A stretch of DNA of 47,214 nucleotides from Gammaproteobacteria bacterium. GTDB taxonomy: Bacteria; Pseudomonadota; Gammaproteobacteria; Tethybacterales; Persebacteraceae. Shown piece by piece: positions 1-8,293 of the stretch. How positions within the stretch are numbered: position 1 is the first letter of the stretch; every line of letters starts with the position of its first letter. Made by a program: the position numbers and the translations under genes. Below the pieces are notes generated by a model that worked only from the letters and a program-made list of their open reading frames with translations, ran no database searches and had not been told where the DNA came from. Location of the stretch: assembly GCA_020027345.1 (NCBI GenBank), contig JAHRAH010000154.1:1-47214 (forward strand), read 5' to 3'.

Positions 1-2
1 TC

Positions 3-341
3 GCATACGACGAAAACTTCGGGGGGATGCTGCTCGCCGAAGAAGAAGCGGCGCGGCAGGCGAAGGCGCTGGGCGGGATGCCGGTTTTGGTAATGCGCGG
101 GCACGGCGTGATGACCGCCGCCGCCACCGTCGCCGAAGCGTTTGATTTGATGTATTACTTTGAACGCTCGTGCAAAAACCAGTGGCTGGCAATGGCGTCC
201 GGGCGGCAGTTGTATTCGGTCGCGGACGACACGGCCGAAAAAACCGCGCAGCAATGGAAGGAATACCCCGCGCTAATAAAAAACCACTTCGCCGAACTCC
301 GCGCAATTCTGGACGAGGAAGAGCCGGATTACCGCTTGTAG
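3..341 (+). CDS. class II aldolase/adducin-domain protein, C-terminal part (5' end outside window)
   Basis: Frame is open from nt 3. The stretch MRGHGVMTAAATVAEAFDLMYYFERSCKNQ resembles the C-terminal region of class II aldolase/adducin family proteins. Stop TAG at 339-341. Confidence 0.6.
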   Translation, partial: AYDENFGGMLLAEEEAARQAKALGGMPVLVMRGHGVMTAAATVAEAFDLMYYFERSCKNQWLAMASGRQLYSVADDTAEKTAQQWKEYPALIKNHFAELRAILDEEEPDYRL

Positions 342-368
342 TTTTTTTTGCGCGGAGAGTTTTAATTT

Positions 369-390
369 GAGCGGGCGGGAACGCCCGCTC
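369..390. terminator. GC-rich hairpin between convergent genes (candidate bidirectional terminator; also a repeated motif)
   Basis: GAGCGGGCG-GGAA-CGCCCGCTC forms a perfect 9-bp stem followed by TTGTT. Related TTTGAGCGGGCGGG sequence recurs at 4624-4656 and 5277-5313, and inverted inside the 98-bp repeats near 46.0/46.2 kb. Confidence 0.45.
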
Positions 391-400
391 TTGTTGGCTG

Positions 401-428
401 CGTTACACCGCCGGAGCAGTGTAACGAG
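401..428. repeat. family D hairpin repeat (CGTTACAC-N-GTGTAACGAG)
   Basis: Inverted repeat GTTACAC/GTGTAAC. Further copies at 5314-5341, 46086-46113, 46190-46216 and 46290-46317. Confidence 0.7.
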
Positions 429-435
429 AAACCCC

Positions 436-2739
436 TTAAAACCGCAAGCGCCATTCCATTTGCATTTTGCTTTCGCCGTTTATGCGGTGCGCGGCGGCGA
501 AGGATAGGCGCGTGTTTTCCGACGGGGCAAAACCGTAGGCGGCGGCGATGACGCGGGTTTTTCCGGACGCAAATTTAACTTTGCGTTCAACGATTCGGTA
601 ACCGTCCGCCGCGCTTTTTGGCAATTGTAAAACCGCCGCGCCGGATATTTCGGTTTCGCGCGCGAAAGCGAAGCGCAAAATGTCGCCGCCGCGCAGAATG
701 TTTTTTGCGGAAAATCCTGCGCGCCAGCCGAAAGCGCGCAATCCGTCAATCCGCCCGACAATGCCGCCGACATCCGCCCGCGTTTCTGCTTTTTCCATTG
801 CGGCAAACACCGTCCAATCATCACTGGCGGCGAAAGATATTTTTGCCCGCATCTGTTTGCTTTTGCCGCCGCGCAAAAGCGGGGCGACGCCGCCCCATTT
901 TCCGCCGAGCAGCGCGCCTTTTTCGTCAATGCGCGAAAACGAGGATTGAACGCCGAATCTTCCAAACTCGCGCGCAAATAAGACGCCGTTTTGACGATAA
1001 CTGCCGCTGTTTCCGTTTGCCGCAAAACCGGAAAATCCGCCGCCCAAACTCAGGCGCATTTGCATCTCGCGCCCGGGGTTTGCGGCAAAAAACGGATGCA
1101 AATTTTCGCCATCACGCAATGCCGAGGATGCGGCGTTCCACAAATGTCGGATTTCCAGCGCGCCGAATTTCATTCCCGCTGCGCGCAAATTGCCGCCGCC
1201 GTCATGCGCGGTAAAAAAATTGCCGCCGCGATAAATGTTATCTTCACCCCAAACATCGCTTGCATTAATTTGCAGCGGCGGCGTTTTTTCCGCGCGCACA
1301 AGATTGGCAAGCGGATGGTCGTAATAACGATTGCCGAGATAGCGCACGGCAATGGATTCGTCTTGCAATTCTTTCGCGAGTCCGCTAAAAGCGGGCGGAA
1401 TATTAAACACCGCCCGTTGCAAGGAAAAACCGTCCATTGTGCGCATACCATCCGCCGTCGCCACCGCTGCGTCAACATTAAGAACGCCGCGGCCAAGCAA
1501 TTCAAGCGCCGGTGAATTATCTCTCGCACCGGCTCGCACCTCGTCCGCCGTCGCCAAAAGAATTTCGACAAGAACGCTCATCGGCGCGGCGTAATTTCGC
1601 TGTTTCAAAAGAGCGAGTGCGCCGGTCGTTTTTGCGGCTGCTTCATGCGGAGTTTCCGCGTTTGCCACAAGGCACCAATCTTCAATGCCGTAACACGACG
1701 CCCGCCGGTCGCGCAAGGCGGCGAAAAGCCGCGCGCCCTCGGCGGTGTTTACCTCGGCGACATTCGCGGCGGCGGCGACAATCCATTTTTCCCTCAATTG
1801 CGGAAACGCGCGTGGCGCGCTCGCCCAAAATCCGTTTGCGCGCGAACTTATCGTCACCGGCAGTGCCGCCCAAACATATGCGATGTCGTTGTTTGCGACA
1901 TGATTGACAAACATTAATTCCGCCGCCTGTCCTGTTGCTTCGTCGCCGACCCGCCCATTGCCGCTTAGCCAACGGTAACAATTCAAAGTGGAATCAAGGC
2001 AGTCGTAGTGGGAATGCGCAATATGAACGCTGTTTGCAAACGGCAAACGCGCATTATGCAAACCGGTGGTGGCGCTGCGCAAATTGCCGCTGATATTAGC
2101 CGACTGCCCCATCGCCGTTACAATCGCAAACGCGCTGATATTAACTTCTGGCACGGTGACGCTGATGACAGAAATCGCCGCACGATGCTCGGCAACGCCG
2201 ACGGAAAGCAGCACGGTTTGTTCCTCGGGGTATTCCCCGCGCGTATTTAAGGCCCCGACCACACATGCGGCATAGAAGGGCTGGAAGCCGGGCCCGGGCA
2301 TGTGCATAAAACTGCACCGATTCCTGTCCATGATTTGCCTTGCCCTCGCGCCGTCATATGTGGAATAATCGGTTTCTGAGTGTCGCACAAAATACCGTAT
2401 GTGGGTCCCCGTTGCCGTCACGCCAACGGCGACAACTGACACTGCTCCTCCGGCTGGCGACGGTGTCGCAACCGTGACCGCTGCTTTTATCGCGTAACCC
2501 GACGAACTTGCCGCCGCTGACGCTGTTCCAGAGTCGCGCGGCAAGGGGACGGGCGGTTGTGTCGGTTGGGGATTCACCACGGGGGGAGTCGGTGTTCCCA
2601 CATCGGGGGGGGCGACAGCGGAACCTCCCCCTCCGCCCCCGCAAGCGGATAGCAAGAGGAATATGGCAAAAAACACGGCGGCAACCGCCGCCTTCGCGGA
2701 GAAAGGCGCCAAACGGCGCAGAGTCAGCAGTATAAGCAT
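436..2739 (-). CDS. surface lipoprotein with C-terminal autotransporter-type beta-barrel; passenger function unknown
   Basis: ATG at 2739 gives a signal peptide ending in the lipobox LLSAC followed by a Gly run and a Pro-rich linker. The C-terminal ~270 aa have alternating beta-strand-like pattern and end in ...MEWRLRF (terminal Phe typical of OM barrels). The ORF track start at 2781 is also possible. Confidence 0.65.
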   Translation of the reverse strand: MLILLTLRRLAPFSAKAAVAAVFFAIFLLLSACGGGGGGSAVAPPDVGTPTPPVVNPQPTQPPVPLPRDSGTASAAASSSGYAIKAAVTVATPSPAGGAVSVVAVGVTATGTHIRYFVRHSETDYSTYDGARARQIMDRNRCSFMHMPGPGFQPFYAACVVGALNTRGEYPEEQTVLLSVGVAEHRAAISVISVTVPEVNISAFAIVTAMGQSANISGNLRSATTGLHNARLPFANSVHIAHSHYDCLDSTLNCYRWLSGNGRVGDEATGQAAELMFVNHVANNDIAYVWAALPVTISSRANGFWASAPRAFPQLREKWIVAAAANVAEVNTAEGARLFAALRDRRASCYGIEDWCLVANAETPHEAAAKTTGALALLKQRNYAAPMSVLVEILLATADEVRAGARDNSPALELLGRGVLNVDAAVATADGMRTMDGFSLQRAVFNIPPAFSGLAKELQDESIAVRYLGNRYYDHPLANLVRAEKTPPLQINASDVWGEDNIYRGGNFFTAHDGGGNLRAAGMKFGALEIRHLWNAASSALRDGENLHPFFAANPGREMQMRLSLGGGFSGFAANGNSGSYRQNGVLFAREFGRFGVQSSFSRIDEKGALLGGKWGGVAPLLRGGKSKQMRAKISFAASDDWTVFAAMEKAETRADVGGIVGRIDGLRAFGWRAGFSAKNILRGGDILRFAFARETEISGAAVLQLPKSAADGYRIVERKVKFASGKTRVIAAAYGFAPSENTRLSFAAAHRINGESKMQMEWRLRF

Positions 2740-2997
2740 GTTCGCTCCTGTTGGGGTTTGGGTTGGCAGCCACACGCGCAAAAGCGCCGGGCTGACCCAA
2801 CAAATGCGAACAACAAATGTTTTCGCTTATTCCCCCGGCACGGTAGCGAACCGGGCCGTTGACGGGTGTTTTATTCGGCGAACAACCCGACTTCGGGATG
2901 TCCGCATTTATTGGGTGGGGGCAGTATAGCATTATTCGGGGGGCGGCTGTCAAATTTTCGCCCTCGGGCGGTGATAAGGCGGAAATTTTGCGCGATG

Positions 2998-3006
2998 TGC
3001 TACAAT
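2998..3006 (+). promoter_or_regulatory. extended -10 box TGcTACAAT, 7 nt before ATG 3014
   Basis: TG-n-TACAAT overlaps the first ATG (3005). The second in-frame ATG (3014) sits where a transcription start is expected. No Shine-Dalgarno sequence. Confidence 0.35.
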
Positions 3007-4546
3007 GGACAACATGTCCCAATTGGCACTTATCAATCCCGTTGCCCTGCCCGTGCTGCTGAATGCGGCGGAGAATAAATTTGTGGAGTGCATGGGGAAG
3101 GGAGTACCGTGCATAATTGGCGGCAATCGCCCCGACAAGCCGATTGACGAGGGCGAAAACGCCAATGTCATCCACGCCGATGTTATTCGCTTTTTTGCTT
3201 GGGGCGGGAATGGCCGCTATCAAATGCGGGGCAGCATCATTCATTTGGAAGGTGCGTGGATACCTGATCAACTGGATTTAACTCATGCGGTTACCCCTTT
3301 TGCTTTTGGTCTTATAGGGTGCCACTTCGCCCAGCCCGTCGTAATTAGGCAAATGGAATGCCGCGCCCTTTACCTGGATTTTTCCTGTTTGGAAAAAGGG
3401 TTGCTTGGCGACGGTCTTACAACAAAAATTTCCTTGCATATGCGCGGCGGCATGTGGGGCAACTTTATCTCCAAAGGCAAAGTGACGCTGGTTGGTGCCA
3501 ATATTGGCGGCGAATGGGACTGTTCTAATGGCATATTTGCCGCCGCCGACAAAAGTTTGGACAGTAAGGTCATTCATGCCGATGAGATAAAAGTTGGAGG
3601 CAGCGTTTTAATGAGCGGAGGGTTTTGCGCCAAAGGCGCCGTTCGCTTGCACGGTGCCCGTGTGGAAGGGATTTTTGATTGTTCTCGCGGTAAATTCCAG
3701 GCGGACTTGTCCGCCAGGGCCGCGGAATTTAAAAATGCTCTGGTATTGGAAAACACGAAGGGTAGCGGCACTATTAATCTTGAGTTTGCCAAGACTGGCG
3801 CGTTAGCTGACGGCCATATGTTTCGCGCGGGATTTAAATTTTTCCTGAACGGTTTTACATATCGTGAATTTGATGTTCCCGGGGATGTTAAATCCCGTAT
3901 TGCTTGGTTGGACAATCGCCCGGTGGGATTCGGCTTTTCGCCGCAACCGTTTGAGCAAGCGGCGAAGGTTTTGTTTGCGATGGGGCATAACAGCGATGCA
4001 CGGGAGATTTTGCTGGAGAAAGAGCGGCGGCTTACCGAACAGGGAAAAATGTCCGGATGGCACAAATTTGGGCGGCGGCTCTGGGACACTTTCGCCGGTT
4101 ACGGTTACCGTTTGCGGAAGACGCTGGCGTGGTCGGCGGGGATTGTTTTGGCGGGGGCGGCGTTTTTTCAATTCGCCGACAATTCCTGCCGCATTGTTCC
4201 GCATCAGCCGGTGGTTTTGGCCCATGAGGAATACAAAGCGGCGCAAACGGGCGGGAAGTGTTCCGCAGACCGCCGGGCGACTGCGGTTGTGGAACGCCTG
4301 TTTCCTGAATACCCGCGATTCAATTCGCTGGTTTATTCCGCGGATGTTTTTATTCCGTTTTTCGCGATGCATCAGGAACCGTATTGGTATCCTCAGCCCG
4401 ATGACGCAGATGCCGACATTATTTTAGTGCTGTTGCCATTTTGGTATTGGCTGGAAATTATCGCGGGCTGGCTGTTGACATCACTGTTGGTGCTTACAGT
4501 CACGGGGTTGTTGCGTCCGCGGCAATCGTCCGGGGGCGGGGATTGA
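3005..4546 (+). CDS. pentapeptide-like beta-helix repeat protein with C-terminal transmembrane region; unknown function
   Basis: 513-aa ORF. The central part has degenerate short repeats (LVGANIGGEWDCSNGIF, VRLHGARVEGIFDCSRGKF). The C-terminus has hydrophobic helices (AWSAGIVLAGAAFF, WYWLEIIAGWLLTSLLVLTV). About 50% G+C in two spot-counted lines. The start may be 3014. Confidence 0.7.
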   Translation: MDNMSQLALINPVALPVLLNAAENKFVECMGKGVPCIIGGNRPDKPIDEGENANVIHADVIRFFAWGGNGRYQMRGSIIHLEGAWIPDQLDLTHAVTPFAFGLIGCHFAQPVVIRQMECRALYLDFSCLEKGLLGDGLTTKISLHMRGGMWGNFISKGKVTLVGANIGGEWDCSNGIFAAADKSLDSKVIHADEIKVGGSVLMSGGFCAKGAVRLHGARVEGIFDCSRGKFQADLSARAAEFKNALVLENTKGSGTINLEFAKTGALADGHMFRAGFKFFLNGFTYREFDVPGDVKSRIAWLDNRPVGFGFSPQPFEQAAKVLFAMGHNSDAREILLEKERRLTEQGKMSGWHKFGRRLWDTFAGYGYRLRKTLAWSAGIVLAGAAFFQFADNSCRIVPHQPVVLAHEEYKAAQTGGKCSADRRATAVVERLFPEYPRFNSLVYSADVFIPFFAMHQEPYWYPQPDDADADIILVLLPFWYWLEIIAGWLLTSLLVLTVTGLLRPRQSSGGGD

Positions 4547-4571
4547 CGGTAATGCGACATACGGTTAAAAT

Positions 4572-4612
4572 TTGCTGGATTCCCGCTTTTTATAGGAGCG
4601 CGGGAATGATGG
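4572..4612. repeat. family A hairpin repeat (GGATTCCCGC-N-GCGGGAATGA)
   Basis: ATTCCC...GGGAAT inverted repeat. Same family as 5380-5470, 20826-20964 and 46134-46176. Confidence 0.7.
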
Positions 4613-4659
4613 TTTTTTCTTAGTTTGAGCGGACGAGGGCGGGGGCTTTTTTGGGGTTA

Positions 4660-4668
4660 TGGTAGAAT
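4660..4668 (+). promoter_or_regulatory. extended -10 box TGgTAGAAT, 6 nt before ATG 4675
   Basis: TG-n-TAGAAT, then TGCGGG, then ATG. No Shine-Dalgarno sequence. Confidence 0.4.
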
Positions 4669-4674
4669 TGCGGG

Positions 4675-5016
4675 ATGGAAAAATTGCGGTTGTTTGCCGG
4701 GCGGGTTTCGGCGCTGCCTTTGCCGGCGGCGGGGGCGGGGTTGCGCGGACGGTTTGCGGAATGGGCGAGGACGGCGGCGAACGGGGCCGGGCAAAAGCCG
4801 GCGCGCGAAGTTTGCGGCGAATTGATTTCGCTGATTGATGAAATTTTGGCTGCGGAAGCGCGCCGCCTTTCGCGCGCGGAACGCGAAGCGCTTTCGGATT
4901 TGCGCGCGGATTTGTGGGACGCGCAAATTGAAGAAGACGCCAAAAGCGGCGCGCTGGACCATCTGATTGAACAAGCGCGCGCGCGGCGGCAAGCCGACGG
5001 CAAGCCGGCGGCGTGA
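4675..5016 (+). CDS. putative antitoxin partner of the ParE/RelE-type toxin
   Basis: 113-aa ORF whose stop overlaps the toxin start (ATGA at 5013-5016). It has an acidic helical C-terminal half. I recognise no family; the assignment rests on operon position. Confidence 0.45.
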   Translation: MEKLRLFAGRVSALPLPAAGAGLRGRFAEWARTAANGAGQKPAREVCGELISLIDEILAAEARRLSRAEREALSDLRADLWDAQIEEDAKSGALDHLIEQARARRQADGKPAA

Positions 5017-5279
5017 ACCACCGCAGGGACGCGAATTTTTGGGAATGCCACAAAGCGCTGCCGGGAAAAATAAAACCGCTTGCCGACCGTTGCTTTGCAT
5101 TTCTTGAAGAAAACCCGCGCCATCCTTCATTGCGGCTGAAGCGCGCCGGAAAATTATGGTCTATGCGGATTGGCAGGTCATATCGCGCCCTCGGCGATCC
5201 CGAAACGAAAAATGACATTTTCTGGTTTTGGATTGGTTCGCACGACGAATACAAAAAAATCGTTCGCAGGCGCGGTTAA
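5013..5279 (+). CDS. type II toxin, RelE/ParE superfamily (ParE-like)
   Basis: 88 aa. NPRHPSLRLKRAGKLWSMRIGRSYRALG...IFWFWIGSHDEYKKI matches the pattern I know from ParE-like toxins. 4-nt overlap with the upstream ORF. Confidence 0.75.
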   Translation: MNHRRDANFWECHKALPGKIKPLADRCFAFLEENPRHPSLRLKRAGKLWSMRIGRSYRALGDPETKNDIFWFWIGSHDEYKKIVRRRG

Positions 5280-5313
5280 TTTGAGCGGGCGGGGGCGGGC
5301 GCTTTTTTTGGGG

Positions 5314-5341
5314 CGTTACACCTCTGGAGAGGTGTAACGAG
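5314..5341. repeat. family D hairpin repeat
   Basis: CGTTACACCTCTGGAGAGGTGTAACGAG. Confidence 0.7.
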
Positions 5342-5379
5342 GCCTGGGGTTTTTGTGGCGAGGGTTGTGGTTTTTTAAT

Positions 5380-5470
5380 TTGCTGGATTCCCGCTTTTTA
5401 ACAGGGGTGCGGGAATGACACGGTTGGCTTGCTGGATTCCCGCCTTTTGATGGGGGTGCGGGAATGACAC
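5380..5470. repeat. two tandem family A units
   Basis: TTGCTGGATTCCCGC-N-GCGGGAATGACAC occurs twice (5380-5421 and 5429-5470). Confidence 0.75.
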
Positions 5471-5522
5471 GGGAGGCGGAGTGCGGGGATGACGCGGTTG
5501 GGACGCGGTTGGGTTGCGGGGG

Positions 5523-6494
5523 TTATTGTTTTTTTAGGCCTTGGGGGGTTATTTCGTGGCCGGGTTCTTCTTGTTCGGTGTCGGTGATTTCGGGGGGGAA
5601 GCCGGGGGCTTGGATTTTTTGGTTTATTTGTTCTTCCAGCAGGCGGACGATGTTGGGCGACCATTCGCGGTCGCCGTATTTTTTTTTGCCTTCGTCAAAT
5701 ATTTTTTGCAGCAGCGGAAGAAAGCGCAAATCGGCCCCGGCGCGGCGGGCGACGGCGGCGAAAAGCGACAAGTCCTTGGCGACCAGATCCATCGTGAAGT
5801 TGATGTCGCGGCTGCCGTTGAGGATGACCTGTCCCTCGGTTTCGTGGACGAAGGAATTGCCGGAGGAAATGCGAATCGCTTCAAAGCATGTGTTGAGGCA
5901 CATCCCCGCGGCTTTGGCGGTGGCGAGGGCTTCGCAGACCGACCAGAGGTTGACGCTGGCGAGGTAGTTTGTCATCACTTTGAGCGCGGAGGCCGAGCCG
6001 AGTTCGCCGGTGTGGAGTATGCGGCGCCCCATCATTTTCAGCGCGGGGAGCATTCGCTCAAACACTTCGCGTTCGCCGGCGGCGAAGATGGAGATGTTGC
6101 CGGTGGCGGCGCGGTGGCAGCCGCCGGAGACGGGGCAGTCCATCGCCTCGCCGCCGTTGGCGCGGACTTTTGCGCCGAGGCGGCGCGCTTCTTCGGCGTC
6201 GGTGGAGGACATTTCCGCCCAGATTTTTCCCGCGCCGATTCCGGCGAGGACTCCGTTTTCGCCTTCCAGCGCATCCGCCGAGGCCGCGGGCGAGGGTAGG
6301 CAGGTGATGGTGATTTCGCAGGAGCGGGCGGTTTGGGCGGGGGTTTCGCCCCACTTCGCGCCCTGTGCGAGCAGGGGTTCGGCGGCTGCGCGGCGGAGGT
6401 CCAGGACTGTGAGGGCGGCGCCGTTGCGGAGTAAACTTCCGGCGAGTTTGGCGCCGACATTGCCGAGGCCGATGAATCCTATGTTGAGGGTCAT
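5523..6494 (-). CDS. NAD(P)-dependent oxidoreductase, 3-hydroxyisobutyrate dehydrogenase family
   Basis: N-terminal Rossmann motif IGFIGLGNVG, and family-like core (MDCPVSGG, GELGSASALKVMTNY). A TAGAAT box at 6523-6528 (minus) and AAAGGA precede the ATG. Confidence 0.85.
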   Translation of the reverse strand: MTLNIGFIGLGNVGAKLAGSLLRNGAALTVLDLRRAAAEPLLAQGAKWGETPAQTARSCEITITCLPSPAASADALEGENGVLAGIGAGKIWAEMSSTDAEEARRLGAKVRANGGEAMDCPVSGGCHRAATGNISIFAAGEREVFERMLPALKMMGRRILHTGELGSASALKVMTNYLASVNLWSVCEALATAKAAGMCLNTCFEAIRISSGNSFVHETEGQVILNGSRDINFTMDLVAKDLSLFAAVARRAGADLRFLPLLQKIFDEGKKKYGDREWSPNIVRLLEEQINQKIQAPGFPPEITDTEQEEPGHEITPQGLKKQ

Positions 6495-6556
6495 TTTGGG
6501 GTTTGTCCTTTCTGCGGGCGGGATTCTACTCTTTTTTGTTGGGGTGCTGAGATGAG

Positions 6557-6605
6557 GTTTCCCCCCCCCCCAACCCCCCCCATCAGAGATGGGGGGGGGG
6601 TTAAT
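6557..6605 (-). repeat. family C poly-C/poly-G hairpin element
   Basis: GGTTT-C11-AA-C8-ATCAGAGAT-G10-TTAAT. This is the reverse orientation of the copies at 19459-19575 and 30071-30125. Confidence 0.75.
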
Positions 6606-6674
6606 AGTCCCCCCAATTAATTAGAGTGGGGGATTTTTTTTTGTGGAATTTTGTGGTTGGGGGGGGAAATGGGG

Positions 6675-6680
6675 TAGAAT
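6675..6680 (+). promoter_or_regulatory. -10 box TAGAAT upstream of aapJ (leadered, SD AAGGAGG at 6705-6711)
   Basis: TAGAAT lies 36 nt before the ATG, with a strong SD 5 nt before the ATG. Confidence 0.35.
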
Positions 6681-6716
6681 CCGCCCGTTTCTGTTTTTCC
6701 CAATAAGGAGGGGACA

Positions 6717-7742
6717 ATGAAAAAGACCATCGGTTTTATGGTTCTGGCGGGGGCGCTTTCGCTCGCCCCGGCGGCGCAAGCCGGGACGCTGGAAGATGTG
6801 CAAAAGCGCGGGCAGTTAATCTGCGGCGTCGCCGTGGGGCTGCCCGGCTTTGCGGCGCCGGACGACAGCGGGAAGATGCGCGGGATTGACGCGGATGTCT
6901 GCTACGCGCTCGCCGCCGCCGTCATCGGCGACCGCGACAAAGTGAAGTTTGTCCCGCTGACGGCGAAGGAACGCTTTGACGCGCTGAACGGAGGGGAAGT
7001 GGATGTGCTGAGCCGCAACACGACGCACACGCTGACGCGCGACGCCTCGCTGGGGTTGAACTTCACCTACTACAACTTCATTGACGGGCAGGGCTTTCTG
7101 GCGAAGAAGGACCTGGGCGTGCGCAGCGCGAAGGAACTGGACGGGGCGCGGGTTTGCGTGCAGTCGGGGACGACCACGGAAATCAACCTCGCCGATTTCT
7201 TTCGCTCCAACGGGATGCAGTACGAGCAAATCGCCTACGACACCTCGCCGCAAACGCGGGAGGGCTTTGAAGGCGGCGCCTGCGATGTGCTGACTTCGGA
7301 CAAGTCGCAACTGGCGGCGATCCGCAGCGAACTGGCGAATCCGGCGAGCGCGGTGGTTTTGCCGGAGACGATCTCCAAAGAGCCGCTGGGGCCGGTCGTG
7401 CGGCAGGGCGACGATGTTTGGTTCAACACCGTGAAGTGGACGCTCTGGGCAATCATCAACGCAGAGGAGCTCGGCGTTTCGTCCAAGAATGTTGACGAAA
7501 TGCGCAACAGCAACGACCCCTCGGTCAAGCGGCTGGTCGGCGCGGAAGGCGATATGTGCAAACTGATCAGCGACAAGCTGGATACGGTTTGCTTCGCGCA
7601 GGCGATCAAGCAGGTCGGCAACTACGGCGAAATCTACGAGGCCAATGTGGGCGAAAACACCCCGCTGGGGTTGATTCGCGCGGGTTCGCCGAATGACTTG
7701 TGGTCGCGCGGCGGCATTCTCTACGCTCCGCCGATACGGTAA
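6717..7742 (+). CDS. aapJ: general L-amino-acid ABC transporter, periplasmic substrate-binding protein
   Basis: Signal peptide MKKTIGFMVLAGALSLAPAAQA. Family 3 SBP-like sequence, followed by two permeases and an ATPase in AapJQMP/BztABCD order. Confidence 0.85.
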   Translation: MKKTIGFMVLAGALSLAPAAQAGTLEDVQKRGQLICGVAVGLPGFAAPDDSGKMRGIDADVCYALAAAVIGDRDKVKFVPLTAKERFDALNGGEVDVLSRNTTHTLTRDASLGLNFTYYNFIDGQGFLAKKDLGVRSAKELDGARVCVQSGTTTEINLADFFRSNGMQYEQIAYDTSPQTREGFEGGACDVLTSDKSQLAAIRSELANPASAVVLPETISKEPLGPVVRQGDDVWFNTVKWTLWAIINAEELGVSSKNVDEMRNSNDPSVKRLVGAEGDMCKLISDKLDTVCFAQAIKQVGNYGEIYEANVGENTPLGLIRAGSPNDLWSRGGILYAPPIR

Positions 7743-7852
7743 GGGCTTTCGCAAACGGCAAAAAACGCCAAAAGCGCGCGGGCGCCGCTTTCGCAAGGAA
7801 GCCGCCCGCCGCGTTTTTTTAATGATATGATTGGCGCGAGGATTGCCCCCCG

Positions 7853-8227
7853 ATGACCGCCGCCGCCCTGCCGCCCGACGATTCCGCGCCCGCGACGCGG
7901 GGGGACTTGCGCGATTTGGAAAACGCCCTCAAGGGCGACATGCGCAATTTGGAAACCGCGCTCAAAGGCGATGTGCGCAATTTGGAAACTGCCCTCAAGG
8001 GCGACATGCGCGAACTGCGCGCGGAATTGCGCTTGGAAATGAAGGAGATGGAGGGGCGCTTGGAATCCCGCATGGCGACGCACGACGACCTGAATATTTT
8101 GCGCGCAGAGATGAAATCCACCGGGGAAAATTCTGACAAACGGGTTGCCGCGGTGATTACAAACATCCGCTGGATCGCCGGGATTTTCGCCGCGATATTC
8201 GTCGCGGTCATCGTCCGGATGTCGTGA
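7853..8227 (+). CDS. coiled-coil membrane-anchored protein (DUF1640/CCDC90-like)
   Basis: 124 aa with three 11-aa repeats (LR.LE.ALKGDM) and a C-terminal TM helix WIAGIFAAIFVAVIV. High GC3 on this strand. Confidence 0.55.
   Translation: MTAAALPPDDSAPATRGDLRDLENALKGDMRNLETALKGDVRNLETALKGDMRELRAELRLEMKEMEGRLESRMATHDDLNILRAEMKSTGENSDKRVAAVITNIRWIAGIFAAIFVAVIVRMS
7910..8008 (+). repeat. 3 x 33-bp in-frame tandem repeat inside the coiled-coil gene
   Basis: Units at 7910-7942, 7943-7975 and 7976-8008 (CGCRATTTGGAAAMYGCSCTCAARGGCGAYRTG). Confidence 0.85.
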
Positions 8228-8293
8228 GAATGGATTGCGCGGCTTCCCCCGCAGCCCGGGACGAACAAGCCGGCTGATATTTTTTGCCGGCGA

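Noticed and set aside
436-2739. Subtilisin-like (S8) protease assignment for the autotransporter passenger, by analogy with NalP
   Set aside because: A GRGVLNVDAAV-like stretch and AAAKTTGALALLK resemble the end of S8 domains. However, I could not find convincing Asp (DTG), His (HGT) or Ser (GTS) catalytic motifs by eye, so the call is left as unknown passenger.
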